IMG/VR virus record: IMGVR_UViG_3300008261_000017
Span: 1-61,335 of that record
Strand: one strand, 5' to 3'
DNA length: 61,335 nucleotides
DNA from: a virus
Taxonomy: Duplodnaviria; Caudoviricetes
Under the pieces are notes generated by a model, which did not search any database, was not told the origin of the DNA, and saw nothing but the letters and a program-made list of their open reading frames with translations. The translations under genes and the position numbers were made by a program. Of the stretch, positions 20,208 to 31,300 are shown one piece after another; positions within the stretch are counted from its first letter, which is position 1, and the number at the start of each line of letters is the position of its first letter.

Positions 20208-21854
20208 ATGACTTACTGGGAAAAGTATATTTCTGAAGCAAAATATAATAAAAAAACTGAAAAGAAAGAACTTTCTATAAAAAAGAGAAAGGCTGCCCAA
20301 AAGGTGTTAGATGATCTTGCGAAAAAGAAAGATAAAAATAAAGAAAAGGAAAGTGAATATACAAAGTACCTGAAGCAACAACTTGAATTCAAAAAGCAAA
20401 AGTACGAAGAGCAAAAGAAAAGACAGCTTGAAAAATCAAAAGATGCTGGTCAAAAAGATAAGGCAAAAGCAAAAGAAGCATTATCTAAAATAAATCTTCA
20501 AAGAATTAGTTATAAGGATAAGGACCTCACTGCTCATTCAAAGGCAATCGAGAATCTTGGTTCTTCAGTACTTGGTCTTGCCAAAGCTGCACATCATGGA
20601 TTGGAATCACGCAGAAAGAGAAAAGAAGCAGAAAGAAAAGCACTAGAGAGTCAAAATGAAAAGAAAGAACCAGGTAAACCAGGAAGACCAAAAAAGAAAT
20701 CAGAAGAAGGCAAAAAAACAGAAGTTAAAGGACAACTGACTGGAACACCAGAAAGAAAGGCACTTCCACCAGGAAGACCAGTAAGCAAGAGAAAGAGACT
20801 TCCTGCATCATCCGAAGGAGAATCGAGAGTTGGTCAACCAGCAGCAGGATCACGTCCTCAGTTACCTGGAAGTATGAAGAAAAGAATGCTCCCATCTTCT
20901 TCTGAAGGTGAGAAGAGAACAGGACAACCTGCAAAAAGGATTGGTCAACCAACACCAGAAAGACCACAACTTTCTCGTGGACTTGATAAAAGAAAAATGC
21001 TTCCACCATCTTCTGAGGGTGGGAAGAGAACTGCTGGTCCTGCTCAAGGATCTAGAACAGAACCAACAATGGGACAAAAGGCAAGACAGAATCCAGAACT
21101 TAAAGCAAAAATGATTAAAGCAAGAATGGAAGAGTATTCAAATTGGAGAGAAGAATTTTTATTTGAAGTTGAAGATAAAAAAAATAAATCAGAAAAGAAA
21201 AAAGTTATTGATATTATGTCAGGTACTAATAAAATTGAAATGAATCCAAGAATTATGGAGGACCATAAAGAGATTGAAAGTGGTCATAAAAAAGATGATG
21301 AAGGATATATGGCTAACGTTGAGTTGGACCAAATGGAAAGAGCAATCAAATCACTTCGAAAAAAGATAAAAAAAGCAGATATGCAAATGCCTGCTTGGGT
21401 TCAATCAAAAATCACAAGAGCAGCAGATTATATTGATACTGCTTCTGAGTATATGCAGAGTGATGAAAAACTTTCAGAAGAAGTGGATAAAAAAAAACTC
21501 TTAATGTTGCTCGTTTTAAAAGCATTAGATAATGCAAAGAGGAGAAAAAATTCTCAACTAATTAATGGAATTATCGGTGAAGCAGTTGATAAGTCTAAGA
21601 TGAAGTGCAATAAACCAAAGGCACAAGCACACGGATCTGGAGAGTCTGGGAAGTCTCACATTGTAAAAGCATGTGAAGGTGGAAAGGAAAAAATAATTCG
21701 TTTTGGCCAACTTGGAGTAAAAGGTTCTCCAAAAAAAGAAGGAGAATCTAAAGAATACGCAAGTCGTCGTCATAGATTTCAAACAAGACACGCAAAAAAT
21801 ATTGCACAAGGAAAGATGAGTGCGGCTTATTGGGCAAATAAGGTTAAGTGGTAA
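20208..21854 (+). CDS. basic modular protein, putative internal head polyprotein
   Basis: MTYWEKYISEA; three LP.SSEG..R repeats; PAWVQSKIT.A.DY and IIRFGQ...SAAYWANKVKW modules. Confidence 0.65.
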   Translation: MTYWEKYISEAKYNKKTEKKELSIKKRKAAQKVLDDLAKKKDKNKEKESEYTKYLKQQLEFKKQKYEEQKKRQLEKSKDAGQKDKAKAKEALSKINLQRISYKDKDLTAHSKAIENLGSSVLGLAKAAHHGLESRRKRKEAERKALESQNEKKEPGKPGRPKKKSEEGKKTEVKGQLTGTPERKALPPGRPVSKRKRLPASSEGESRVGQPAAGSRPQLPGSMKKRMLPSSSEGEKRTGQPAKRIGQPTPERPQLSRGLDKRKMLPPSSEGGKRTAGPAQGSRTEPTMGQKARQNPELKAKMIKARMEEYSNWREEFLFEVEDKKNKSEKKKVIDIMSGTNKIEMNPRIMEDHKEIESGHKKDDEGYMANVELDQMERAIKSLRKKIKKADMQMPAWVQSKITRAADYIDTASEYMQSDEKLSEEVDKKKLLMLLVLKALDNAKRRKNSQLINGIIGEAVDKSKMKCNKPKAQAHGSGESGKSHIVKACEGGKEKIIRFGQLGVKGSPKKEGESKEYASRRHRFQTRHAKNIAQGKMSAAYWANKVKW

Positions 21855-21912
21855 ATTGTTAATTTATTGTTAATTGACATAAATATTTTTAGTCCAATTC
21901 AAAGGGGTTATT

Positions 21913-22086
21913 ATGGGCGCAGTAGTCGCAGTGGTAAAACCACTTCTAATTCAAATTGCTACTCATCCTGCAGTCAAAAATCTTGTTCTTGATTTGCTCA
22001 AGAAATATGTAGATAGCACCGACAATAGCATTGATAATGTTGTTTATGAACTAGTTAAGGATAAACTCTTTACTCCACAAGCATGA
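21913..22086 (+). CDS. small hypothetical, 57 aa (not in ORF track)
   Basis: MGAVVAVVKPLL...STDNSIDN; after CATAAATA (21878) and AGGGG SD. Confidence 0.75.
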   Translation: MGAVVAVVKPLLIQIATHPAVKNLVLDLLKKYVDSTDNSIDNVVYELVKDKLFTPQA

Positions 22087-22238
22087 TTACTTGCTTTGTA
22101 ACTAATTGGGGAATAACCATTTTTCTTGGATTGTTGTTAACTGCATCCGAGTGGTTGGCAAAAACAAAAAGATTTAAAGAAAATGGTTTACTTGATTTAA
22201 CGACTAACTTTTTAAAGGTAATTTTAAAGAAGGGGTAA
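22083..22238 (+). CDS. small membrane protein, 51 aa (not in ORF track)
   Basis: MITCFVTNWGITIFLGLLLTASEWLAKT...; ATGA overlap. Confidence 0.65.
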   Translation: MITCFVTNWGITIFLGLLLTASEWLAKTKRFKENGLLDLTTNFLKVILKKG

Positions 22239-22265
22239 ATTGCAACTTTACCCCTTTTATAAATA
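22230..22265 (+). promoter_or_regulatory. terminator hairpin followed by late promoter
   Basis: AAGGGGTAAA-N7-TTTACCCCTT then TATAAATA at 22258. Confidence 0.75.
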
Positions 22266-22298
22266 AGTTTAGGAAATTTTTTTACGGAAAAGAACAAG

Positions 22299-22817
22299 AT
22301 GGCACTCTGGGGTAAAAAAGACGACGTTTATTCTGCTGGTACAATTACAGTCAATTATGCTACAAAAACTGTGACTGGAAGTGGTACTACTTTCACTGCA
22401 TTGAGTGTAGGTGATGTAATTTCCATCGGAACGGGTAATACTTTTGGACAAGCTGTAGTATCTGGTATTACTTCAAATACCGTTATTTCAATTGCATCCA
22501 CACAGTACCTCAGTGGTGCTGCAATCTCTGGACAACAGTGGACAGCATCCCAAAGACCAAAGTATACATTATTTGATTCAAACTATAGATCAACAGAGAT
22601 TTATGGTGTGTCTGATGATGAAGTTGCAGTAGCACGTACAACTGCATATTCAGTTGCTCATGGTGGATGGGTAGGAATTCACACATATACTGATAATCAT
22701 GGTAATTTAAGAGTTAAGCATGAAGTTCTTGTTGCAATGTCTGGAATTACTACTGGAATTGCTGGAACAACAGGAACAGGTGGAGATGCAGCAGACGATA
22801 GCAAACTTTTACCATAA
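22299..22817 (+). CDS. putative virion structural protein (Gly/Thr-rich)
   Basis: MALWG start, VTGSGTTF, HGGWVG, EVLVAMS; late promoter. Confidence 0.65.
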   Translation: MALWGKKDDVYSAGTITVNYATKTVTGSGTTFTALSVGDVISIGTGNTFGQAVVSGITSNTVISIASTQYLSGAAISGQQWTASQRPKYTLFDSNYRSTEIYGVSDDEVAVARTTAYSVAHGGWVGIHTYTDNHGNLRVKHEVLVAMSGITTGIAGTTGTGGDAADDSKLLP

Positions 22818-22826
22818 TGTCGGCAT

Positions 22827-23198
22827 ATGAGATTTGATGAGTTGAATGAAGATAATTATCTCCTTTTTGCTATTAAACATTATGAAAATCCTCAAGCAGT
22901 AACCAAAGAAGATTTTTATGATGATTTAAAAAGATTTAAGTGGATAAAAAAATTACTTAGAAGATATAAAAAAGAAGGTGAATTGAAAATTCATCTTCTA
23001 ATCAATCATTTTATTATTTTATATAATGTTTTTGGGGATGCTGCAACTCCTTTGCTGTTTTATAAAATAGATAAAGAATTTTGGGGTGTATTAAAAACTT
23101 TTGTTGTTTATCTAGATAGACTTCCTGAATTTCCACATACTGGTATTCATGATGTTGATATTGATTCGGAATGCATGAAACAACTAAAATCCATTTAA
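22827..23198 (+). CDS. conserved T4-like hypothetical
   Basis: FAIKHYENP, F.DDLKRFK, LINH.I.LYNVFG. Confidence 0.8.
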   Translation: MRFDELNEDNYLLFAIKHYENPQAVTKEDFYDDLKRFKWIKKLLRRYKKEGELKIHLLINHFIILYNVFGDAATPLLFYKIDKEFWGVLKTFVVYLDRLPEFPHTGIHDVDIDSECMKQLKSI

Positions 23199-23200
23199 AG

Positions 23201-23404
23201 ATGAAAAAATATTTATTGGAAAAAATTATAAACTTCATAAGAGAAGAAATGGGTGCATCAGTAGCACCTACAAATAATGTTGGTGATGGAAAAATTGCTG
23301 GAACTCCAGAGTCAGACCCTGGCAATCCGCCAGTTAAATTGACGGGCAGAAAAACAAAAAAATATATTTACGGGAAGGGTTATCGTAAACTTTGGAAACC
23401 TTAA
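23201..23404 (+). CDS. small hypothetical
   Basis: IREE...PTNNVG.G.IAG. Confidence 0.65.
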   Translation: MKKYLLEKIINFIREEMGASVAPTNNVGDGKIAGTPESDPGNPPVKLTGRKTKKYIYGKGYRKLWKP

Positions 23405-23408
23405 GGCA

Positions 23409-23840
23409 ATGTTTTCACAAGAATCAAAGTTAGCAGTTTTGGAAAGTAAATTGAATATATATGAAGATTTATCTCGTGAGATGCTCTCGAAGTTAGAATC
23501 TGCTGTAGAAAAGATATCGGAAGGCAATAATCGTATTGCTACGATTCTTGCAAAGCATGATGAAAGAATTGAACAAAGTATTAAAACTGATGAACTTCTT
23601 GTAAGAATGATTGATGAAATTAAAGGAGAAAATGAAAAGGATCATCAAGAAATAAATAAAAAGTTTGAAAAGATAGAGCAAAAGATAGAAGAATTAGTTA
23701 AGTTTAGATGGCAAGTTGGTGGTGTTGCTGCTGTTGCTGTTGTAGTAATTACCATTATCAATGCCTTTGTCCCAAAATTTTTAGGCAATTCACAATTGAC
23801 ACCTGCTCAATATCCGAGTAGCATAGAGAGAGCAAGGTGA
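23409..23840 (+). CDS. coiled-coil protein with C-terminal TM helix
   Basis: KLAVLESK...HDERI, FRWQVGGVAAVAVVVI; 3' end contains TTGACA-N17-TAGCAT (23796) ahead of g61. Confidence 0.75.
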   Translation: MFSQESKLAVLESKLNIYEDLSREMLSKLESAVEKISEGNNRIATILAKHDERIEQSIKTDELLVRMIDEIKGENEKDHQEINKKFEKIEQKIEELVKFRWQVGGVAAVAVVVITIINAFVPKFLGNSQLTPAQYPSSIERAR

Positions 23841-23852
23841 ACCCCATTTGAA

Positions 23853-24854
23853 ATGAGTTTTATTGATTCCAAGTATATCGGGTTGGTCTCTTCCCGACTA
23901 CAGAAGTTCGCTAAGAAAAAAGAAGGTCTTTATAATTTTCGTTGCCCTTATTGTGGAGACAGTCAAAGAACAAAAAGTAAAACAAGAGGATATATCTATA
24001 AATTAAAAAATGACCATAACTTCAAGTGTCATAACTGCGGGGTGTCTAGGACGTTTACCAACTTCCTTAAAGACATGGATGCGGTCTTGTATGACCAGTA
24101 TGTGATGGAAAGGTATAAGAATGGTCTAACAGGAAAAGGAAGTCAAACAAAGACTCCAGAATTTAAGTTTGAAAAACCTAACTTTTCAAAAAAGTCTTTT
24201 GACCTGCCTACCATAGCAGAACTAAATAAAGAACACTTGGCAAGACAATATCTAGAGAACAGAAAAATTCCAAAAGAATATTTTCGTGACTTGTATTTTT
24301 GTCAAAACTTCAAAGAGTGGACAAACACTCAGAAGCACACATTCGATAATTTGGACAACGACGAACCAAGAATCATCATTCCTCTTATCAATCATGGAAA
24401 AATCTTCGGGTTTCAAGGTCGTAGTCTGAATAAGAATTCAAAAGTTAAATATATTACAATTATCCTAGACGACAACCATCCAAAAATATATGGTTTAGAT
24501 AAAGCAGACTATACTAAAACTGTTTATGTCGTTGAGGGACCAATCGATAGTATGTTTTTAGATAATGCGATTGCTATGGTTGGGGCAGATATTGATCATA
24601 TGTTTTTTCTTTCAAACTTTGAAACAAATTTCGTGATGGTTTATGACAATGAAAAACGTAATAAACAGATTGTTCAAAGAATGGAAAAAGTAATTGATAT
24701 GAAATTTCCTATTGTAATTTGGCCAAATGACTTGAAAGAAAAAGATATCAATGATATGATAATGGAAGGCATTGATGTCAACAAAATTGTTAAAGAAAAT
24801 ACCTTTATGGGGTTAGAAGCAAAAGCAAAACTTATTGGTTGGAAACGAGTATGA
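23853..24854 (+). CDS. g61: DNA primase gp61
   Basis: CPYCGDS..CHNC zinc finger, VVEGPIDS TOPRIM, KDIND. Confidence 0.97.
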   Translation: MSFIDSKYIGLVSSRLQKFAKKKEGLYNFRCPYCGDSQRTKSKTRGYIYKLKNDHNFKCHNCGVSRTFTNFLKDMDAVLYDQYVMERYKNGLTGKGSQTKTPEFKFEKPNFSKKSFDLPTIAELNKEHLARQYLENRKIPKEYFRDLYFCQNFKEWTNTQKHTFDNLDNDEPRIIIPLINHGKIFGFQGRSLNKNSKVKYITIILDDNHPKIYGLDKADYTKTVYVVEGPIDSMFLDNAIAMVGADIDHMFFLSNFETNFVMVYDNEKRNKQIVQRMEKVIDMKFPIVIWPNDLKEKDINDMIMEGIDVNKIVKENTFMGLEAKAKLIGWKRV

Positions 24855-27151
24855 GTAACGGTACAAAAGTCATCAAAAGAAATGGTTCTGTTGAAAGACT
24901 AGATCTTAATAAAATTCATTTGATGGTTGGTGAGGCATGTAAAGATTTGGCAGGAGTATCTGCATCACAAGTTGAGATGCAGTCTGGTATTCAGTTTTAT
25001 GATGGAATTACTACAGCAGAGATTCAGGAGATTCTAATTCGTTCTGCATCTGATTTAATTGACTTAGAAAACCCAAATTATCAGTTTGTAGCAGCAAGAC
25101 TTCTTCTTTTTTCTGTCAGGAAATCACTGTATGGAAAAATTCAAGACCATCCAACATTTTTAAATCATATTGAAAAATGCGTAGAGTTGGGTGTTTATGA
25201 TAAAAAAATTCTACAAGACTATACTCATGAAGAGATTAATAGACTTGGTTTGTATATTAATCATAATCGTGACTATCTATTCACTTATGCAGGTTTACGT
25301 CAGGTCGTTGATAAGTACCTCGTGCAAGACAGAAGTAGTGGGAGGGTTTATGAAACCCCACAATTTATGTACATGATGATTGCGGCAACCATTTTTGCTC
25401 AATATCCCAAAGAAACCAGAATGTCATACGTCAGGAGGTACTATGACGCAATCTCGAAGCACAAAATCAACATTCCTACACCAATCATGGCAGGTGTTAG
25501 AACCCCACTTCGTCAATTTGCAAGTTGTGTTCTTGTTGATTCTGACGATACCCTTGACAGTATCTTCAGTTCTGATATGGCAATTGGTCGCTATGTTGCT
25601 CAAAGAGCAGGAATTGGTATCAACGCAGGTCGCATCCGTGGCATCAACAGTAAAATCCGAGGGGGAGAAGTTGCTCATACAGGGGTTGTCCCTTTCCTCA
25701 AAAAGTTTGAAGCAACTGTCCGATGCTGCACTCAAAATGGCATCCGAGGTGGAAGTGCGACAGTCCACTTCCCAATCTGGCACCAAGAAATAGAAGATAT
25801 TCTGGTTCTTAAAAACAACAAGGGTACGGAAGATAATCGTGTCCGTAAACTTGACTATTCAATTCAGATTAGTAAGTTGTTCTATGAAAGATTTATTCAA
25901 GACGGTGAGATCACACTTTTCTCTCCACATGATGTACCTGGACTTTATGATAACTTTGGACTCCCTGGTTTTGATGAGCTCTACTGTGCGTATGAAAAAG
26001 ATTCGACCATTCCGAAAAAAGTTGTTAAAGCACAAGAACTCATTCTCAGCCTCCTTAAAGAGAGGGCTGAAACGGGTCGTATCTACATCATGAATATTGA
26101 CCATTGTAATTCTCATTCTTCCTTCAAGGACAAAGTTGAAATGAGCAATTTGTGTCAAGAAATTACTCTTCCAACCAAACCTTTACAACACATTGATGAC
26201 CCTAATGGAGAAATTGCTCTGTGCATTTTATCTGCGATTAATGTCGGTAGAGTAAAAGATGATGAAGAATTTGAAGAACTTTGTGACCTTTCTGTTCGTG
26301 GACTGGAAGAACTAATTGATTATCAGGACTACCCTGTGATTGCTGCAGAAAAGTCTACTAAAGCACGTCGTTCACTTGGTGTTGGATTTATTGGTCTTGC
26401 ACATTATTTGGCAAAACTTGGATTTGATTATGATTCCCAGGAAGCATGGGATGCTGTTCATGGACTTTCTGAGTCATTCCAGTATTTCTTGCTGAAGTCA
26501 TCTAATCAAATTGCCATCGAAAAGGGTGCCTGTGAATATTTTAATCGCACTAAGTATGCAGATGGACTTCTTCCTATCGATACATACAAGAAAAATGTAG
26601 ACGAAATTTCTTCTATTGAACTTCAACATGATTGGGAAACTCTTAGGTCATCTATCTTGGAACACGGTCTCAGACACTCAACACTGTCCGCACAGATGCC
26701 ATCGGAGAGCAGTTCCGTTGTGTCAAATGCCACAAATGGAATCGAACCACCTAGAGGGTACTTGTCCATTAAAAAATCGAAGAAGGGTCCACTCAAGCAG
26801 ATTGTTCCTCAGTATCAACATCTCAAAAACAATTATACTCTTCTTTGGGACATGCCTAATAATAATGGTTATATCAATGTTGTTTCGGTGATGCAAAAGT
26901 TTTTTGATCAAGCAATCAGTGGAAACTGGTCTTATAATCCAGAGAACTACCCAGACAATGAAGTACCAGTAAGTGTGATGGCAAACGATTTCCTCAAAAC
27001 TTACAAGTATGGTTGGAAGACATCTTATTATCAGAATACATATGATATTAAGACCGATGAAGTAAAGGAGGAGAAAAAATCAGCAGACGATTTAATTGCA
27101 GAAATTTTAAATTCAGAAGGAGAGGAAGACTGTGAATCATGTAAAATTTAG
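24851..27151 (+). CDS. nrdA: class Ia ribonucleotide reductase alpha
   Basis: ATP cone, SNLCQEI, MPSESSS, C-terminal CESC; no intron or intein. Confidence 0.98.
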   Translation: MSNGTKVIKRNGSVERLDLNKIHLMVGEACKDLAGVSASQVEMQSGIQFYDGITTAEIQEILIRSASDLIDLENPNYQFVAARLLLFSVRKSLYGKIQDHPTFLNHIEKCVELGVYDKKILQDYTHEEINRLGLYINHNRDYLFTYAGLRQVVDKYLVQDRSSGRVYETPQFMYMMIAATIFAQYPKETRMSYVRRYYDAISKHKINIPTPIMAGVRTPLRQFASCVLVDSDDTLDSIFSSDMAIGRYVAQRAGIGINAGRIRGINSKIRGGEVAHTGVVPFLKKFEATVRCCTQNGIRGGSATVHFPIWHQEIEDILVLKNNKGTEDNRVRKLDYSIQISKLFYERFIQDGEITLFSPHDVPGLYDNFGLPGFDELYCAYEKDSTIPKKVVKAQELILSLLKERAETGRIYIMNIDHCNSHSSFKDKVEMSNLCQEITLPTKPLQHIDDPNGEIALCILSAINVGRVKDDEEFEELCDLSVRGLEELIDYQDYPVIAAEKSTKARRSLGVGFIGLAHYLAKLGFDYDSQEAWDAVHGLSESFQYFLLKSSNQIAIEKGACEYFNRTKYADGLLPIDTYKKNVDEISSIELQHDWETLRSSILEHGLRHSTLSAQMPSESSSVVSNATNGIEPPRGYLSIKKSKKGPLKQIVPQYQHLKNNYTLLWDMPNNNGYINVVSVMQKFFDQAISGNWSYNPENYPDNEVPVSVMANDFLKTYKYGWKTSYYQNTYDIKTDEVKEEKKSADDLIAEILNSEGEEDCESCKI

Positions 27152-28316
27152 AATTAATAACGAAGAATCTAATGATATTACTGGAATGACGGTATTCAAC
27201 ACAGAAGAATATGACGTTAAAAAGCAACCCATGTTTTTTGGAAAACCATTGGGAGTTCAAAGATATGATTCATATAAGTACCCTATTTTTGAAAAACTAA
27301 CCACCCAACAACTTGGGTATTTCTGGAGACCTGAGGAGGTCTCCCTTCAAAAAGATCGTGCCGATTATCAAACACTTCGTCCAGAACAAAAGCATATCTT
27401 TACTTCTAATTTGAAGTATCAGATTCTTCTCGATTCTGTTCAGGGTCGTGGTCCTGGCATGGCATTTATCCCATATTGCTCTCTTCCAGAATTGGAAGCA
27501 TGTATGACCGTATGGGAATTCATGGAAATGATTCATAGTCGTTCTTATACGTACATTATTAAAAATGTATATTCAAATCCTTCTGAAGTATTTGATTCAA
27601 TTTTATCAAATGAAAAAATTCTAGAAAGATCTGATTCTGTAACTAGTGCATATAATGATTTTATTAACTCTGCACAACAGTATGGAATATCTAATGATTG
27701 GTTGTTTGCTCAAGAAGGTGCTGGATATGCCAGAGAAGGAAGAATAGAACTTAAAAGAAAACTTTATCGTGCTATTGCAAATGTCAACATTCTCGAAGGT
27801 ATCAGGTTTTATGTCTCGTTCGCTTGCAGTTTTGCGTTCGGAGAACTTAAAATTATGGAGGGATCCGCTAAAATTATCTCTCTCATCGCAAGAGACGAAA
27901 ATCAGCACCTTGTCATTACTCAAAACATCCTCAATAAGTGGCGTGAAGGGGATGATCCAGAGATGCAACAGATTGCTAAAGAAGAAGAGGAGTGGGTGAA
28001 AACTGCTTTTGAAAACTGTGTTAATGAAGAAAAGCGTTGGGCAGAATATCTGTTCAAAGATGGTTCAATGATTGGTCTAAATGATAAACTTCTGCATCAA
28101 TACGTTGAATGGATTGCAAATCGCAGAATGAAGGCAATTGGAATTAAACCAATTTATGACATTCCTGCAAAAAATAATCCACTTCCTTGGACTGAGCATT
28201 GGATTTCATCTAAGGGTCTCCAAGTTGCTCCACAAGAAACAGAAGTAGAGTCATATGTTGTTGGTGGCATTAAACAGGATATGAAAAAGGATACTTTTGC
28301 TGGATTCCAACTTTGA
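27132..28316 (+). CDS. nrdB: ribonucleotide reductase beta
   Basis: FWRPEE, EMIHSRSY, DENQH, QVAPQETE. Confidence 0.98.
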   Translation: MNHVKFRINNEESNDITGMTVFNTEEYDVKKQPMFFGKPLGVQRYDSYKYPIFEKLTTQQLGYFWRPEEVSLQKDRADYQTLRPEQKHIFTSNLKYQILLDSVQGRGPGMAFIPYCSLPELEACMTVWEFMEMIHSRSYTYIIKNVYSNPSEVFDSILSNEKILERSDSVTSAYNDFINSAQQYGISNDWLFAQEGAGYAREGRIELKRKLYRAIANVNILEGIRFYVSFACSFAFGELKIMEGSAKIISLIARDENQHLVITQNILNKWREGDDPEMQQIAKEEEEWVKTAFENCVNEEKRWAEYLFKDGSMIGLNDKLLHQYVEWIANRRMKAIGIKPIYDIPAKNNPLPWTEHWISSKGLQVAPQETEVESYVVGGIKQDMKKDTFAGFQL

Positions 28317-28323
28317 TATACTG

Positions 28324-28352
28324 GGGGCATATGCCCCCTTTTTTTATAAATA
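28324..28352 (+). promoter_or_regulatory. terminator then late promoter
   Basis: GGGGCATATGCCCC plus T-run, then TATAAATA at 28345. Confidence 0.8.
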
Positions 28353-28374
28353 ACTAAAAAACTAGAGTATAAGA

Positions 28375-31300
28375 ATGTCCAGTATTAACGATATAAAAAA
28401 TTTGTATACCCAAATTAAAGTTTCTGAAACAAAGGGAACTCTCCTTTCTGAAGCAAGTTTTGATATTGGTCCTGGACATAAAGATGCCCAGAAAACTCAA
28501 AAGTTATATAATAAGGGTTCAAGGACAGATAATCCTCATGAAAAAGAGCAGTTCTTAAAGAGAACTGGACCACAACTTCCATTGGCAAAAGGAAAGTCGG
28601 GAATGCAAGTTTCTAGTTATGAACTAGAAGGTGATCTTCTCGGAGAAAAAGAAGATAGTCCATATGAAAAAGCATCTGATGCTGCGTTGGATTCTAGATA
28701 TGGATATGGTAGAGCATCTGGTGATAAACGTTCTTTTGGTAGAGCAGCAAATCGTGCTTCTGCTGCAGCAATGTTGAGAAGACTCAGAAGAGATAGAGAC
28801 GAAGGTAGAGAGACTTCAAGGGAAGCAGGTGCTGATGCAGTTCATCAAGGTTGGGCACATACTGCAAGAACAAGTAAAGACCAAACACCAGAAAAGAAAG
28901 AAAGAAGAGCAAAACTTGCTGATACTCCTTATTCAAAATTACCAGAGGATGAAAAGGAAAAGGATAGAGTTTCTGCTGATGCGGTAAGAGCAGTTTATAA
29001 AGGCAGAAAAAATAAGATTAATTCTAATTATGAATTAGAAGGTGATCAACTTGATGAAATTGTTGGTCCTTTACTTAGAATTGGATTGGCTGCTGGTGGT
29101 GGTGCTCTTGCATCGAAAGGAATACAGCATCTTCAGAAAAAGGCAAATCAGGCAATTGATTCTGCAAGAAAGACCACAAAAATTGGTGGAGACAATAGAG
29201 TTCCTCAAATGAACTCATATGAAGTTGAAGGTAATGATGTATCAGAAGAAAATGAGAAGTCAGAAAGAACTGGTATGTCAAGAAAGCAAACTTATGATAT
29301 GTTGAAGGGTCACAAATATACAAGAGAAGACCTTTGGAGTATGCAAAAGAAAGCAACCAAAGAAGGTGACCATGGAATGGCAGCAGGAATATATGATAGA
29401 TGGAAAGAGATGAATGAAGAAATCATAATGCTAGAAAGAGAAATGACTACTGACGAAATGAAAAAGGAAAAGAAGTTGAAAGATAAGTATGATGACTCCG
29501 ACATGAAGAAAAATATGATTGATAAGTATGGAGAAGAAAAGGGAACACAAATTTATTTCGCAACTATCCGCAAGCAAGCAATGAAAAAATCATCAGACAA
29601 AAACGAAGAGTTTGATATGCAAGAAGAATTCTATGCATATGTAATCGAGTCATTAGTTCAACTTGAATATGCAGAAGATGAGGATGCTGCAGAAACTATG
29701 TTTGAGCACCTAAGTGATGAAATTCTTGCTACTTTTGCTGAAACTTATTTAGAAGAGAGTGGACTATTCCCAAATTATCATGATTATGTTGGACCATATG
29801 ATAAAAAGGATATCAAGATTAAAAATACTATGAAGAAAAAAGGAGCAGAGTATAAAAATAACTCTTCTCTAAGAGCAAAATATAAAAAAAGTTTAGCAGA
29901 TGATAGTGATGAGAATGCTCCATCATTTAATGAGAAAGGTGAATTTGTAAGAAGAAAGAAAAAAACTCAGAACGAGGAGTACATCGAAGAAAAGGCAAGA
30001 GGTACTAGAAAGAAAACAACCGTTCATGCATATGATGTTGATGAAACTCTTTTTGGGCATGGAAAAAAAGGAAAGCCAAATGTTCAAGTTCATGTAAATG
30101 ATGAATCTGGTAAGAGAGTTCAGAGTTTAAGTAATCAAGAATTTAATACTCATAAACTAAAACCAGGACATAAGTATGACTTCAGTGAGTTCCAGAGTGC
30201 TAAGACATTTTCTAAAACTTCTAGTCCAAATAAAAAAGTAATTAAAGACATTAAGAGAAAGCAGGCAAGAGGTCAAAACGTTCACTTGATTACTGCTCGT
30301 TCAAAGTTTGACAATCCAAGTGAATTTCAAGCACATCTTAAGAAGCATGGAGTTGATGTAGATAAGAAAAATATTCATTATACTGGTGGAATGAGAGGTG
30401 GTGATATTGGTAAGAAAAAGGTTGATGTTGCTAATGCAGTAGCAAAGCAAAGTGGTGCTAAGAGCATTCATATGTATGATGATGCTGCTAAAGTTCATAG
30501 AGCTTTTGAAGCAGAAAAGAAAGAAAAACCAAAATCAAAGAAAATTAAAACTCACATGGTCGCACCAGACAAAAAAGGTGAGGCAAGAGTTCGTTCTTAT
30601 CAAGCAACAAAGAATGAAGAGATGTCTGCTTACGAGTATTGGAAGCAATTTATTTCTGAGGCACCTGGTGGTCAGGCAAAATTCTGGGATAGTAATATGG
30701 GAAAGTTTGTGACAAAGGTTTCCGATACTGCTAAGTCTGCAGGAGAAAAGGTTTCCGATACTGCTAAGTCTGCAGGAGAATACCTTGCACCATCACCAGA
30801 AAGATCTGCAGAACCATCTGTTCGTGCTGGAATTAGAAAACCAACTACTGGATTTTCTCACGTAGATAGTATAGATAAAGCACCCAAACCAGCAGGACCA
30901 GAGAAGGCAAAAGCAAAACCAAAGGCAATGACTTCAGACTCTGGAAGGGGTGGTGATGCTGCTTTCCGTGCTGGAGGAGGAAATGCTGCACTTAAACCAG
31001 GAACATCTAGGCAAGATGTTCAGGCAAAAGGAATGGCAGCAATCAGATCTAAACCAAAAGTGGGAAATATTCCACCACAAGAAGGAACAGGAAAAGGTAG
31101 TCCAACTGATAAACCAGTATCAAAAGTTATCGATGCTAAGAATATTGCAGGAAAGCAACAAAAAGTAACTACAAATAAAGCATATGATGTCACTGTTGGT
31201 GGTAAAAAAGGAACTGCAACCTATGGTGATAAGGGCCAGAGAATGATTCGTGCAAACATTGGTAATGCTGGTGTTAATCAAGTGGCAGCAGGAAAAGCAA

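Noticed and set aside
11473-28316. Introns or inteins in g43, g41, nrdA or nrdB
   Set aside because: All are continuous ORFs of normal length
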